Counted from the stretch's first letter, positions 1 to 9,561 are shown. The stretch is DNA of 64,000 bases from Acidimicrobiia bacterium (GCA_965248705.1 CBDFJY010000002.1:1715384-1779383), one strand, 5' to 3'. A program made the numbers and translations. Notes: generated by a model from the letters alone, not told the origin.

Positions 1-64
1 AACGGGGGAACCTCAACACCGAAACACCCACCACCCCGAAAAACACGATTTTGAATAAAGAAGC
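1..64 (+). mobile_element. Right-end tail of an ISL3-family IS, cut by the window edge
   Basis: cctcaacaccgaaacacccaccaccccgaaaaacacgatttt aligns by eye with the post-stop tail of the ISL3 derivative at 35659-35709 (gacctcaacaccgagcacagcaccccaaaacccacgatttcgcgcagcc). Confidence 0.45.
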
Positions 65-162
65 ATCACCTCGCCACCCTATACCAACACTGGCTCACCC
101 CCGATTGTAAAACATAGGAGCATCGAAGAGCCATCAAACACCGATTTGTAAATAGAAGCATC
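46..162 (+). repeat. Three direct copies of a ~22-nt ISL3-end-like motif (46-67, 102-124, 142-162)
   Basis: The copies read cgattttgaataaagaagcatc, cgattgtaaaacataggagcatc and cgatttgtaaatagaagcatc. Each is preceded by a cacc/caccc context. The first is continuous with the IS tail at the window start. Confidence 0.6.
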
Positions 163-231
163 TGGTAAAGCCAGGATCCGATTGCTGTTGCTAGGGTTCG
201 GTTGACGCGATCCCGAAATGGAGAACTGATC

Positions 232-1962
232 ATGCGACGGTACCTGGCTCTCTTGTCCTCACTCCTGGTTGTGGTCGCTGCTTGTGGAGGCGGTGATACG
301 GACACACCCTCAACCTCCGCCACCACTGCAACCGCCCAAACCCAAGCACCGACTACCGCTGCACCTACCACCGCGTCCACTGCGCCGGAGGCCACAACCG
401 CAGAATCGGCTGCGACGACCGCGCCGCCGATTTCAACAACGTCTACCACCCTTGGCCCACCGGAAGCTGGGCCCACAGGGACCGTGACCGTCGCGATTCC
501 AACCTTCGGCAATGAACTCCTTGATCCGACCCGGTCCTCGAACCCCGACATGCCGTACTGGGGCAGCTCCTTTGATTTCCTCATGGGTATGGATGCGAAC
601 GGAAACCCGACGGCCGAAAACGGTGCAGCCACGGCTGTCGAATCCTCCCCGGACGCCAAGGTTTGGACGATCACACTCCGCGAGGGCATGACATTCCACG
701 ACGGTGTGGAGGTTACCGCTGAGGACGTCGCATTCAGTTTCGAGTTGTACTCGGGTGAGGACTCTGCCTGCACCTCCTGTGGAAAGATGCAGAAGAACTT
801 CGATTCTGCCGTTGTCACGGGCAAATACAGCCTTGAAGTGACCTTCAAGGAGCCAAACGCCCTGTTCCTTCGCGACCTGACCAGAGTGAATGACACTCTT
901 GCCATCATCCCGAAGCACCATTGGGAAGCAATGGGGGGTGCCGACGGGTTCAACGCGAATCCTCTCGGAAGCGGACCCTATGTCTTCAGCGATCGCGCCA
1001 TTGGAGAGTTCGTCGAATTCAAGGCGAACACCGAATATTGGAACCCTGACCGGGTACCCGGATTCGAGACTCTTCGCATAGTCCTCGCTCCTGAAGCGAC
1101 CAGCCGATTGGCTCTGCTCGAGCGCGGAGACGCCGATCTTGCGTTGATGGACCCGTTTACGGCCCCCGACGTGTTGGCGGCCGGCCTGGAAATTGCCGGG
1201 CCGAAACGCGTCCAGACATTGAGTCTCGCGTTTGGTATGCCCTGGAAGACCGAGTTCTTTTACAACAACCAAGCTGCCCGCGAAGCTCTGATCAAAGCGG
1301 TTGATGTCGCAGCGATCGTATCCGCCATTTACCCTGAGGGCACAGCGACGCCAGCCGCCAGCTTCGCAGCGGTTCCGAGCCAGGAAGGGCACGACCCTAG
1401 CCTGACGCCATACGTGTACGATCCCGGTGCTGCCGCGCAAGCAATTCAAGATCTGGGGCTAGCCGGCCAAGAGATCACGATGTACCAATACGCGTTCGGC
1501 GCAACGCCGGAGTTCCCGCAGATACAAGAAGCTGTCGCAGCCTTTTGGAGCATAGCCGGGCTTAGCCCTCAGTTGAGGCCCACAGACTTCGCCACTATCC
1601 GTCCAAATTTCCTCGAGGCTCCGTACTTCACCGAGCCCTTCACGCACCTTTGGTTCGTTACAGCTGGCACAACCACAGAGAACGCCCTAAGGATCGGGGT
1701 CATCAGCAAGGATATCGGTGGCTTCTACTCGGCTCTCGGCGATCCTGTACTCGACGATATCTACGGTCAATACCGATCTGAAGTTGACCCTGGGAAGAGA
1801 GCGGATCTCGCCGGCAGCGCCGTCCATCTGATCTACGACACCTTCGCGGTGCTTCCTATCGCCACTACCGACATGATTTGGGGTAAGGGTCCTCGGATAG
1901 CCAGTTGGTCACCAACCAACGGATCTATAGCGGCCGTGAACTTCGAGACCCTCCGGCCATGA
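232..1962 (+). CDS. ABC transporter substrate-binding lipoprotein, family 5 (peptide/nickel, DppA/OppA-like)
   Basis: ORF 202..1962. Best start is ATG 232, with GGAGA at 220-224. Lipoprotein signal MRRYLALLSSLLVVVAAC followed by a Thr/Ala/Pro-rich linker. Size and body are typical of family-5 SBPs. Two DppB/C-like permease genes lie downstream. Confidence 0.85.
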   Translation: MRRYLALLSSLLVVVAACGGGDTDTPSTSATTATAQTQAPTTAAPTTASTAPEATTAESAATTAPPISTTSTTLGPPEAGPTGTVTVAIPTFGNELLDPTRSSNPDMPYWGSSFDFLMGMDANGNPTAENGAATAVESSPDAKVWTITLREGMTFHDGVEVTAEDVAFSFELYSGEDSACTSCGKMQKNFDSAVVTGKYSLEVTFKEPNALFLRDLTRVNDTLAIIPKHHWEAMGGADGFNANPLGSGPYVFSDRAIGEFVEFKANTEYWNPDRVPGFETLRIVLAPEATSRLALLERGDADLALMDPFTAPDVLAAGLEIAGPKRVQTLSLAFGMPWKTEFFYNNQAAREALIKAVDVAAIVSAIYPEGTATPAASFAAVPSQEGHDPSLTPYVYDPGAAAQAIQDLGLAGQEITMYQYAFGATPEFPQIQEAVAAFWSIAGLSPQLRPTDFATIRPNFLEAPYFTEPFTHLWFVTAGTTTENALRIGVISKDIGGFYSALGDPVLDDIYGQYRSEVDPGKRADLAGSAVHLIYDTFAVLPIATTDMIWGKGPRIASWSPTNGSIAAVNFETLRP

Positions 1963-1999
1963 CGACCAGTCACTGCTGAGCTGGAGAAGGCGTAGCCTG

Positions 2000-2998
2000 A
2001 TGAACGACCTACCCAAGAGATTCGGAATCAAGCTACCGGGTGCCGGAATTCGCAACAATATTGATCTGGCTCAATACGCTGATGACGTTGGTGTGGATTC
2101 AGTTTGGATGGCTGAAGGGCGTCTCACCAGTGATGCGATAACTCCGATGGCCGTATATGCGGCGAACACGGAGAGTGTCAGGGTCGGATGTGGTGTGCTC
2201 CCCATCTGGACTCGCAATCCAGCCCTAATCGCACAGACCTTTGCCACCTTGGACTTCCTAGCGCCGGGGAGGATAATTCTCGGTCTAGGTGTATGGTGGG
2301 ATCCGATCGCCACGAAGGTTGGCATTGACCGCGGGACCAAACTTATCCGAGCGGCCCGTGAATACCTCGAAGCGATTCGACTTCTGCTTGAACGCAGGGA
2401 ACCGGTCACGTATGAGGGCGAATATGTACGGTTCGATGATGTGTTCCTCGACCACAGTTCAACTGGTCCACACCATGTTCCGATCTACTTGGCCGCCGTC
2501 GGACCGCAGATGCTCAGACTGGCCGGTCGCCTTGCCGACGGTGTGGTCCTGAACAGCAGTCACACTGTTGAAGCCACGCGGAACGAGGTTCAGCAGGTAC
2601 TGGTGGGGGCCGAGGCAGCAGGCCGCAGCCTCGACGACATAGATATCGTGCAGCCATGCACCATTCGCCTTACAAACGACAAGCCGACCGCCATCGCTCA
2701 GGACAAGGTCGTCGTCACACAGTTCATCGCGCAGCAACCACACGTTGCGGGACCTACCGGAATCGAACCGGAGTTGGCTGATCGAATCCGAGACGTGGTG
2801 GGCGGTTGGCCGGCGAGCCCAAGCGCCATTGTGGAGGCGTCCAAGCTCGTTCCCGACGAGATCATTGAGAATATCGGTTGTTACGGGGACGATGATGACG
2901 TGAGAGAGCGGCTGCGCGCATACGAAGATGCAGGGGTAGATTGCCTCTATGCCGCAGCCGACAAGGCACTGATTGACTTCCTCGCGCAGGGCTGGTGA
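2000..2998 (+). CDS. LLM-class (luciferase-like) flavin/F420-dependent oxidoreductase
   Basis: 332 aa. Luciferase-like TIM-barrel pattern (VDSVWMAEGR, GRIILGLGVWW, IYLAAVGPQMLRLAGRLADGVVLN). Confidence 0.8.
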   Translation: MNDLPKRFGIKLPGAGIRNNIDLAQYADDVGVDSVWMAEGRLTSDAITPMAVYAANTESVRVGCGVLPIWTRNPALIAQTFATLDFLAPGRIILGLGVWWDPIATKVGIDRGTKLIRAAREYLEAIRLLLERREPVTYEGEYVRFDDVFLDHSSTGPHHVPIYLAAVGPQMLRLAGRLADGVVLNSSHTVEATRNEVQQVLVGAEAAGRSLDDIDIVQPCTIRLTNDKPTAIAQDKVVVTQFIAQQPHVAGPTGIEPELADRIRDVVGGWPASPSAIVEASKLVPDEIIENIGCYGDDDDVRERLRAYEDAGVDCLYAAADKALIDFLAQGW

Positions 2999-3016
2999 CC
3001 TAAAACAGTCACTCCG

Positions 3017-3832
3017 ATGCTCACTGTAGATACCCACTGCCATGTCCTCGATACATGGTTTGAACCGGTTGAGGTACTCCTGTTCCAGATGGCGCGAGCC
3101 GACGTCGACAAAGCTGTATTGGTTCAGCTATCCACCAACTATGACAACAGCTATCTTGTCGAGTGTTCCGATCGATTCCCGGGGCGGTTTGCCATCGTGG
3201 GCGCTGTCGACACTTCTGCACCAGACTGCCTGGAGAAGCTCGAATACTGGGCCGGCCTTGGTGTGATAGGGGTCCGGCTCACGCCGATGCAGAAGTCAGC
3301 AGGCAAAGATCCGCTCGCTGTTTGGAAGAAGGCGAACACGTTGGGCATGTTGGTGGACCTGTGGGCTTTGCACGGCCCTGATGCCATGAAGGGATTCGTG
3401 TCCGACGAATACACCGGATTGGTAGAACGCTTTCCGCAGATGCCATTCATCATCGAACACCTCGGGTTTGTCGCCAATGACCCGGATCCTCCTTATGCTG
3501 ACTTCAAGCGGATCCTGGCTCTGAATCGATACGCCAATGTCTTTTTGAAATTGCCTGGGATCGGCGAGTTCGTTCCCAGACCGGTCCCTCACCGCAGTCC
3601 ACCATATGACTTTGACGCTATCCCACCCTTCATCGACATGGCTCTCGATGCTTTCGGGCCGGATCGGGTAATGGTCGGCTCTGACCATCCTCGCTGCTCG
3701 GATTGGGAAGGATATTCGAACGTCTTCGGGTACCTGCGGGAGTACCTTGGGCGCTTGCTGAACGCTGATGAGATGGCCGCGGTCTTGGGGGCTACCGCCG
3801 AGCGGATCTATTTCGCCAACCACATGGAGTGA
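3017..3832 (+). CDS. Amidohydrolase-2 family metal-dependent hydrolase
   Basis: 271 aa. N-terminal VDTHCHV metal motif, internal IIEHLG and C-terminal VGSDHP motifs typical of the PF04909-type family. Confidence 0.7.
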   Translation: MLTVDTHCHVLDTWFEPVEVLLFQMARADVDKAVLVQLSTNYDNSYLVECSDRFPGRFAIVGAVDTSAPDCLEKLEYWAGLGVIGVRLTPMQKSAGKDPLAVWKKANTLGMLVDLWALHGPDAMKGFVSDEYTGLVERFPQMPFIIEHLGFVANDPDPPYADFKRILALNRYANVFLKLPGIGEFVPRPVPHRSPPYDFDAIPPFIDMALDAFGPDRVMVGSDHPRCSDWEGYSNVFGYLREYLGRLLNADEMAAVLGATAERIYFANHME

Positions 3833-3953
3833 AATCGTTGGCGCGTAGTATGACACCTTCACACGAAGAGGGTGTACGGTCGTGAGTCGGGGTCGCGGCT
3901 ACGGCGTGACTAGACGCGAAGGGTCCGCTAACAGTACCCTCTGCCGTGCTTAA

Positions 3954-5096
3954 ATGAGGCGGGCTCGGGTTACGACAGTCGCCTCAAGCGTGGTCGCGCT
4001 CGGTGCTATACCGGTATTCCTAACCGGTGCCATGGGCGTTCAGATACGCGCCGAATTCGGGCTCGGTCCTGCCGGATTTGGCATAATGTTGAGCGCGTTC
4101 CATGTCAGCTCTGCTTTGGCATCGCCAGCACTGGGCCGAGTTGCCGAAAGACGCCCAGCGATGTCAATGCGATGGGCTGTGACTCTCACTCTTGTATCCC
4201 TTGTCGGTGTCGCGCTGGGCGGGAGAAGTCCCGTCCTGTACGCAGGCTTCCTTATCGGAACCGGGCTGGGGTTCGCACTAGCGCAGACTTCTACGAATCT
4301 CTTCATCACGCGAACTGTGCCTGCAGGCAACCGGGCCACGGTACTAGGCATCAAGCACGCTGCCATTCCGCTCGCCGCCTTGCTGGCGGGATTGGCGGTG
4401 CCGACGGTTGCCGTGACCATCGGCTGGCGCTGGGCCTTCGCCATCGCAGCAGGCGGTGCGACTCTCCTATGGGCACGGCTGCCGAAATCATTCACGGGGT
4501 TCAGCAACCCTCCTGCAAAAGATGGCGGAGGCAGTCCCCCGAAGGAACTTATCGTGCTGGTATTGGCAACCATTCTGGCGATGGCCAGCGGTTCTGCCCT
4601 TAGCGCCTTCCTGGTCTCTTTCGCTGTCGCAACGGGCATCGGCGCGGCTTCTGCCGGATTCTTACTCTCCGCAGGCGGTGCTTCAGCTATTGCCATGCGA
4701 GTCATGTGGGGATGGTTAGCCGATCGCCGGTCAATCCAAGGTTACATTGCCATAGTGTGGCTTCTGACTGTTGGGAGCGTAGGCTATTTGCTGCTTAGCA
4801 CGGAGCAACCAACGCTTGTCCTCGTCGGGGCCATGACCTCATTCGGGGGGGTTTTGGGTTGGTCCGGGCTTCTCGTTCACGCGGTAGTTGACAGGAATCT
4901 GAAAGCTCCCGCTCGTGCCACAGGGGTGACCCAGGTCGGGTTCTACGTCGGAGGCGGTATCGGGCCGCCACTCTTCGGTTTTCTGATCGATCAATTCTCA
5001 TATCGTTTCGCGTGGGTGACAGCCGCAGGCTTTGTGCTTGTCGCAGCCGGTCTCGTGCTTGCAGTGGAGTTGAGTAGTCGCGCCAAGCAGACCTGA
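3954..5096 (+). CDS. MFS transporter
   Basis: 380 aa and strongly hydrophobic, with about 12 predicted helices. Contains the loop motif GRVAERRPAM, which resembles the MFS signature between TM2 and TM3. Confidence 0.75.
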   Translation: MRRARVTTVASSVVALGAIPVFLTGAMGVQIRAEFGLGPAGFGIMLSAFHVSSALASPALGRVAERRPAMSMRWAVTLTLVSLVGVALGGRSPVLYAGFLIGTGLGFALAQTSTNLFITRTVPAGNRATVLGIKHAAIPLAALLAGLAVPTVAVTIGWRWAFAIAAGGATLLWARLPKSFTGFSNPPAKDGGGSPPKELIVLVLATILAMASGSALSAFLVSFAVATGIGAASAGFLLSAGGASAIAMRVMWGWLADRRSIQGYIAIVWLLTVGSVGYLLLSTEQPTLVLVGAMTSFGGVLGWSGLLVHAVVDRNLKAPARATGVTQVGFYVGGGIGPPLFGFLIDQFSYRFAWVTAAGFVLVAAGLVLAVELSSRAKQT

Positions 5097-5296
5097 CCCA
5101 GCTAGGCCGCATCCGCCCTGCGGAGTGTCAGAGAAGATCGAGACGTGAACCCGGCTGGGCCCCAACAAACTCCGATGAACCTGGGCGGCTCACCGACACA
5201 ACGACTACCTCAAAGTCGACACAAGTGTTGATGGAACCACTATCCTCAACTCACATTGGAGGTAGGTTTTCCATCCTGAACAGGAGGTCTGGTCGG

Positions 5297-5458
5297 ATGA
5301 GCCCAGCTATTCCAGAGATGGAACGTTACCGCCAAATCACCCCCGGGTCTCGAGCACTCTGGGAGCGAACCGCGCGTGTCCTGCCGGGCGGGGACACTCG
5401 ATCTAACACATGGACTCTGGCGATATCGCCACGTATGCCGAGAGCCTGGGACGCGTAG
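5297..5458 (+). pseudogene. N-terminal stump of a class-III (GSA-aminomutase-like) aminotransferase
   Basis: SRALWERTARVLPGGDTRS resembles the conserved S-x-x-L-x-x-R-A-x-x-V-x-PGG N-terminus. The ORF stops after about 54 codons and no PLP domain follows. Confidence 0.35.
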
Positions 5459-5498
5459 TGACTCACCTCGGATCAGCACTGTCGAGGGTCGGGACCTG

Positions 5499-6134
5499 AT
5501 GGTCGAAACTCTCATCAAGAACGGTAGAGTCTACGACGGTACAGGTTCAGATTGGTTCGGCGCCTCCGTTGCCATTGAGAAGGCCAAGGTGCAACTTATC
5601 TCGGGTGACACCTCAAGTCTGAAAGCAAAGCGCGTGATCGATGCTACAGGCAAGATAGTGTGCCCGGGTTTCGTCGATATGCACGCCCACTCAACGATGG
5701 TCATCCTCAAGCATCCGGAGCACGAGCCAAAGGTGCGCCAGGGTGTCACCACCGAGTTGATTGGTGTTGATGGCAATTCCTACGCCCCCTTCCTCTTGGG
5801 CGACTACCCCAGCCCGCGTTCCTATGGCACGTTTCCGAAGGTGCTCGGTGATCTCGTGCGTGACGAAGGGCTGTTGTCAATGGCGGATGCGATTCGCAAA
5901 ATCACTTCCCTGCCGGCGCAGCGACTTGGGCTCCAAGATCGAGGGATTCTGCGCAATGGCTTCGCAGCCGATCTGGTCGTATTCGATCCGCTCGAGATTC
6001 ACTCGCCGGCAACCCTGGAGAGTCCGCGCCAGTTCCCTCTAGGGATTTCGCACGTCATGGTCAATGGTGTCCTCGTGATAGACGATGGGGAGCACACCGG
6101 CGCTCTCCCGGGCCGAGTCTTGCGGAACGGATGA
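5499..6134 (+). pseudogene. N-acyl-D-amino-acid deacylase (D-aminoacylase) with a large in-frame internal deletion
   Basis: The N-terminus (MVETLIKNGRVYDGTG...VCPGFVDMHAHS...QGVTTELIGVDGNS) joins directly to the C-terminal segment (GTFPKVLGDLVRDEGLLSMADAIRKITSLPAQRLGL...ADLVVFDP...VNGVLV). Total is about 211 aa against roughly 480-530 expected from memory of the family. Confidence 0.6.
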
Positions 6135-6179
6135 CCAAGCCCAACGCTCGATTTATCCAGGGATTCGGATGACGCCACC

Positions 6180-7544
6180 GTGATCATCAAGGGTGGCCGT
6201 GTTGTGACAGAAGTTGGCGTTGTCGACGCAGACATCCTCGTCGTCGATGGGTCCATCGAATCGATCGGATCCGACTTTTCCGGGGGTCCGGTCGTGGATG
6301 CTCGCGGAGCATGGGTGTTACCCGGCGTCGTTGATCCGCATGTTCACACATCGGTGGGTGGTTTCCACACGATTGATCCTCTCGCCGAGGATCTGAAGCA
6401 GGCGACCGCTGCAGCTCTCATGGGCGGTGTCACGACGGTCGGCGCCTATGTCAGTCGTGGACCCGAGATGGGATTGATCGACACCGTCAAATATCAAATC
6501 CAGTTCGGGACCGAGCATTCTGCGGTCGACTTCGCTATCAACGCTCTGTGTCTTCCGGGAGACCCGCTGACCGAGGTGGTTGCTGCAGGCATCGGGTTGG
6601 GTGTAACCACATACAAGGCCTTTCTCGGGTACTACGTTCGTGGCGCCATGTTGGAAGATGACGAACTGGTCGAGTTGATGGTGGCAGTAGCCTCCCACAA
6701 TGGTCTGCTCCTCATACACCCGGAGAACGGGAGAGCAACCAAGTACTACCACGATATCGAATACTCACGCGACCCGACTGGCCTTGAAGGCTATCTGCGG
6801 TGCTCGCCGGGAATACTCGAAGCCGAAGGCATGTTCCGTGCAGCCGCGCTGGCCGAACTCACTGGCTGCGATCTGCTGTTTGTTCACCTGTCCGCAGCCG
6901 AGACTGTTGGCGTGCTCTCTTGGCTCAAGGATGGTGCGGCTTCAGTACGGGTGTGGAGCGAGACGCAGCCGCACTACCTCATATTGACGGAGGACGCCCT
7001 TCTCAAGCACGGTTCCCTCGCGAAGATAGGCCCCCCGCTTCGCGGAAGTGAGGATGTGGATGCAGTCTGGGACGCCGTCGACGCGGGGCAGGTTGACTTG
7101 CTCTCAAGCGATCACTCACCTCGCACGAAGGCTATGAAACAAGCTACACCGGCCATATTCGACGCCCCATACGGTGGCATCACGTCGTCGGAGGCCCTAC
7201 TTCCGCTAGCGTACGCACTCGGCATTGAGACGGGTCGATTCGACATATGTAGGTTGGCGGAACTGACAGCAACGAACGCCGCAAAGGCATATGGTCTCTT
7301 CCCTCGAAAAGGCGCCATACGAGTTGGCGCCGACGCCGATTTTGCGATCGTCCCGATTGAAGGGGAACCCCGTGAGATAGGGCCACACACTCTGCACGGT
7401 CGCTCGGACTACTCGATTTACACAGGCCTCACATCTAGAGGGTTCCCAAAGTACGTGGTGAGGCGTGGGTACTTGGCCGTATCGGAAGGTGAGGTGTTAG
7501 ACAACCCGAGCGGCAGATATCTGGCTCGAGGTATGAAGTCGTGA
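6180..7544 (+). CDS. Dihydropyrimidinase/hydantoinase-type cyclic amidohydrolase
   Basis: 454 aa with a GTG start. Motifs: LPGVVDPHVHT, TTYKAFLGY (carbamylated-Lys context), IHPENG, SSDHSP, GADADFAIV. Confidence 0.85.
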   Translation: MIIKGGRVVTEVGVVDADILVVDGSIESIGSDFSGGPVVDARGAWVLPGVVDPHVHTSVGGFHTIDPLAEDLKQATAAALMGGVTTVGAYVSRGPEMGLIDTVKYQIQFGTEHSAVDFAINALCLPGDPLTEVVAAGIGLGVTTYKAFLGYYVRGAMLEDDELVELMVAVASHNGLLLIHPENGRATKYYHDIEYSRDPTGLEGYLRCSPGILEAEGMFRAAALAELTGCDLLFVHLSAAETVGVLSWLKDGAASVRVWSETQPHYLILTEDALLKHGSLAKIGPPLRGSEDVDAVWDAVDAGQVDLLSSDHSPRTKAMKQATPAIFDAPYGGITSSEALLPLAYALGIETGRFDICRLAELTATNAAKAYGLFPRKGAIRVGADADFAIVPIEGEPREIGPHTLHGRSDYSIYTGLTSRGFPKYVVRRGYLAVSEGEVLDNPSGRYLARGMKS

Positions 7545-7581
7545 TTCTAGCTCCCGCGCCGAGTACTGACAGACTCCGGTA

Positions 7582-8502
7582 ATGACAAGAGTTATAGCAA
7601 GTCGTGCACTACAAGCGTTGGTTACCCTCCTCGGTGTCAGCGTGGTTGTATTCGCGTTGAGCCAATCGACCGGCAATCCGGTGGATGTCCTGCTACCAGT
7701 AGAAGCGACGCCCGAACAGCGAATGCATTTGATCGATGAGTTGGGGTTGGATGAGCCACTCGTCGCCCAGTATCTCGCCTTCTTAGGCAATGTGATCCAG
7801 GGCGATTTTGGCACATCGATACGGACCAAGCAACCTGTCCTTGAACTCGTTGTGGACCGCCTTGGGAACTCGGTCATGCTGGTCAGCACGTCACTCCTCT
7901 TCATGGTCGTATTCAGTCTTCCTCTCGGTGTCCTTGCGGCAGTGAAGCGCGGTACGATCATAGATCGGACCGCAATGGGCCTAGCCGTTCTGGGTCAATC
8001 ACTTCCGCCCTTTTTCACTGGTGTCCTAGCGATCCTTCTGTTCTCAGTCAGATGGCAGGTGTTTCCAGCGCAGGGTTCGGGTACCTGGCAGCATCTGTTA
8101 CTTCCCGCAGCAACCATGGGCCTATTTACCGGCGCCGGGATCACGCGACTGATGCGCTCGGCCATGCTTGAAGTGCTTGACAGCGAGTACGCCAAGCTTG
8201 CTCGTATCAAGGGTGCGAGCGAGATGAGGGTTGTGTGGAGGCACGCCTTCCGAAATGCCTTGATTCCGGTCGTAACGTTTGTGGTACTTATGTACGGTGT
8301 TCTCGTAGCTGCTGCGGTCACGACAGAAGTCGTCTTTGCGTGGCCGGGTTTGGGTCGGCTTGCCTTCGAGGCAGTTGTATGGAGGGACTTCCCCGTGCTG
8401 CAGGCTGTAGTTATTGTGTGGGCGGCGCTTATTGTCTTTGCTAATTTTCTCGTAGACCTGTCATATGCAGTCATCGATCCGCGGATTCGTCGTAGTGTCT
8501 GA
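7582..8502 (+). CDS. ABC transporter permease (DppB/OppB-like)
   Basis: 306 aa. Typical N-terminus (IASRALQALVTLLGVSVVVFAL) and the EYAKLARIKGASE EAA-loop region. Confidence 0.85.
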   Translation: MTRVIASRALQALVTLLGVSVVVFALSQSTGNPVDVLLPVEATPEQRMHLIDELGLDEPLVAQYLAFLGNVIQGDFGTSIRTKQPVLELVVDRLGNSVMLVSTSLLFMVVFSLPLGVLAAVKRGTIIDRTAMGLAVLGQSLPPFFTGVLAILLFSVRWQVFPAQGSGTWQHLLLPAATMGLFTGAGITRLMRSAMLEVLDSEYAKLARIKGASEMRVVWRHAFRNALIPVVTFVVLMYGVLVAAAVTTEVVFAWPGLGRLAFEAVVWRDFPVLQAVVIVWAALIVFANFLVDLSYAVIDPRIRRSV

Positions 8503-9364
8503 GTTCTTTGGCAAGGTACGGATCGGATTGGGCACAGTCTGGCGTAGCTTTCCCATGTTTCCTCTTCTGGTTGTCTTGTTGGCCGTAGCGGCCGCCTTAT
8601 TGGCGGACTTCATCGCTCCCCACGGACCGGACGAATTGAACTTGGCGCACGCCCGTCAGGGATGGGTCTTTTCAGAAGAAGGTAGCTGGGAGTTTCCTCT
8701 GGGGACTGATATCCTAGGCCGCGATATCCTTAGTCGGATTATTAAGGGCGCTCAGGTGTCTATGTCCGTGGCCGCAGGCACTGTCCTACTCGCGGGGTCT
8801 ATCGGGACGATCCTCGGTTCTATCGCCGGCTACTTCGGAGGTTGGGTTGATACGGTGATCATGCGACTGGTCGATGGTTGGCTTGCCTTTCCCGCAATCT
8901 TGATCGCCCTCGTTTTTGCTGTCACTGTCGGCCCAAGTGTTACGGTTGTCGTGTCAGTAATGGCGCTTATCCTATGGGCACGCTATGCCCGTCTGATACG
9001 AGGGGAAGTTCTTAGCTTGAAGGAGCGCGACTTCATTGCGCTCGCGCGAGTCGCGGGAGGATCACCCCTGCGGATAATGGCTTCACACCTGCTGCCAAAC
9101 GTGCTCAACAGCGTGATCGTCCTTTCCACCCTGCAGATCGGTTGGGCCATCACGGTCGAAGGCACCTTGAGTTTTCTTGGTGCCGGTGTTCCTCCACCGA
9201 CGCCAACGTGGGGTGGCATGGTCGCCGAGGGGCGTGACCTGATCCGGTCGGCCTGGTGGATTTCCGTATTCCCTGGAGCTGCGATAGGCCTGGTGGTACT
9301 TTCTTTCAACCTGCTCGGTGACCGCATTCGAGACCTCCTGGATCCCAAGCTCAGAGCGCTTTAG
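8495..9364 (+). CDS. ABC transporter permease (DppC/OppC-like)
   Basis: ORF 8465..9364. A GTG at 8495 overlaps the upstream stop (8500-8502). Contains the DFIALARVAGGSPLRIM EAA-loop region. The start is uncertain; ATG 8555 is an alternative. Confidence 0.8.
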   Translation: MSEFFGKVRIGLGTVWRSFPMFPLLVVLLAVAAALLADFIAPHGPDELNLAHARQGWVFSEEGSWEFPLGTDILGRDILSRIIKGAQVSMSVAAGTVLLAGSIGTILGSIAGYFGGWVDTVIMRLVDGWLAFPAILIALVFAVTVGPSVTVVVSVMALILWARYARLIRGEVLSLKERDFIALARVAGGSPLRIMASHLLPNVLNSVIVLSTLQIGWAITVEGTLSFLGAGVPPPTPTWGGMVAEGRDLIRSAWWISVFPGAAIGLVVLSFNLLGDRIRDLLDPKLRAL

Positions 9365-9370
9365 TGGCTC

Positions 9371-9412
9371 ATCGATGCTCCTATGGTTGAGCTTCTATGT
9401 CTTGCAAATCGG
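9371..9412 (-). repeat. Inverted copy of the ISL3-end-like motif seen at 46-162
   Basis: The reverse complement reads ccgatttgcaagacatagaagctcaaccataggagcatcgat. It starts 7 nt after the permease stop codon. Confidence 0.55.
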
Positions 9413-9454
9413 GTTCTGGGGTGGTTGGCGGGAGAGGTGGTTGGTGGTGGATTT

Positions 9455-9535
9455 TCGAGGGGTCGGTAGAACTGTCGAGCGATGTACCGTTTGAGACAGC
9501 GCCGAGCAAGCCCTGAGAGCCTCGGGGTTTCAAGG
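9455..9535 (-). mobile_element. C-terminal remnant of an IS110-family transposase
   Basis: The minus-strand translation LETPRLSGLARRCLKRYIARQFYRPLE resembles the conserved IS110 tail (..RCLKRYIAREVY..). Only about 27 codons remain. Confidence 0.4.
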
Positions 9536-9561
9536 TGTGTCAGTTCCGCAACTGTTAGCGG

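Noticed and set aside
433-1449. 338-aa minus-strand ORF
   Set aside because: It lies entirely antisense to the well-supported SBP gene. Its Arg/Gly/Pro-rich composition is typical of spurious antisense ORFs in high-GC DNA, and no motif is recognisable.
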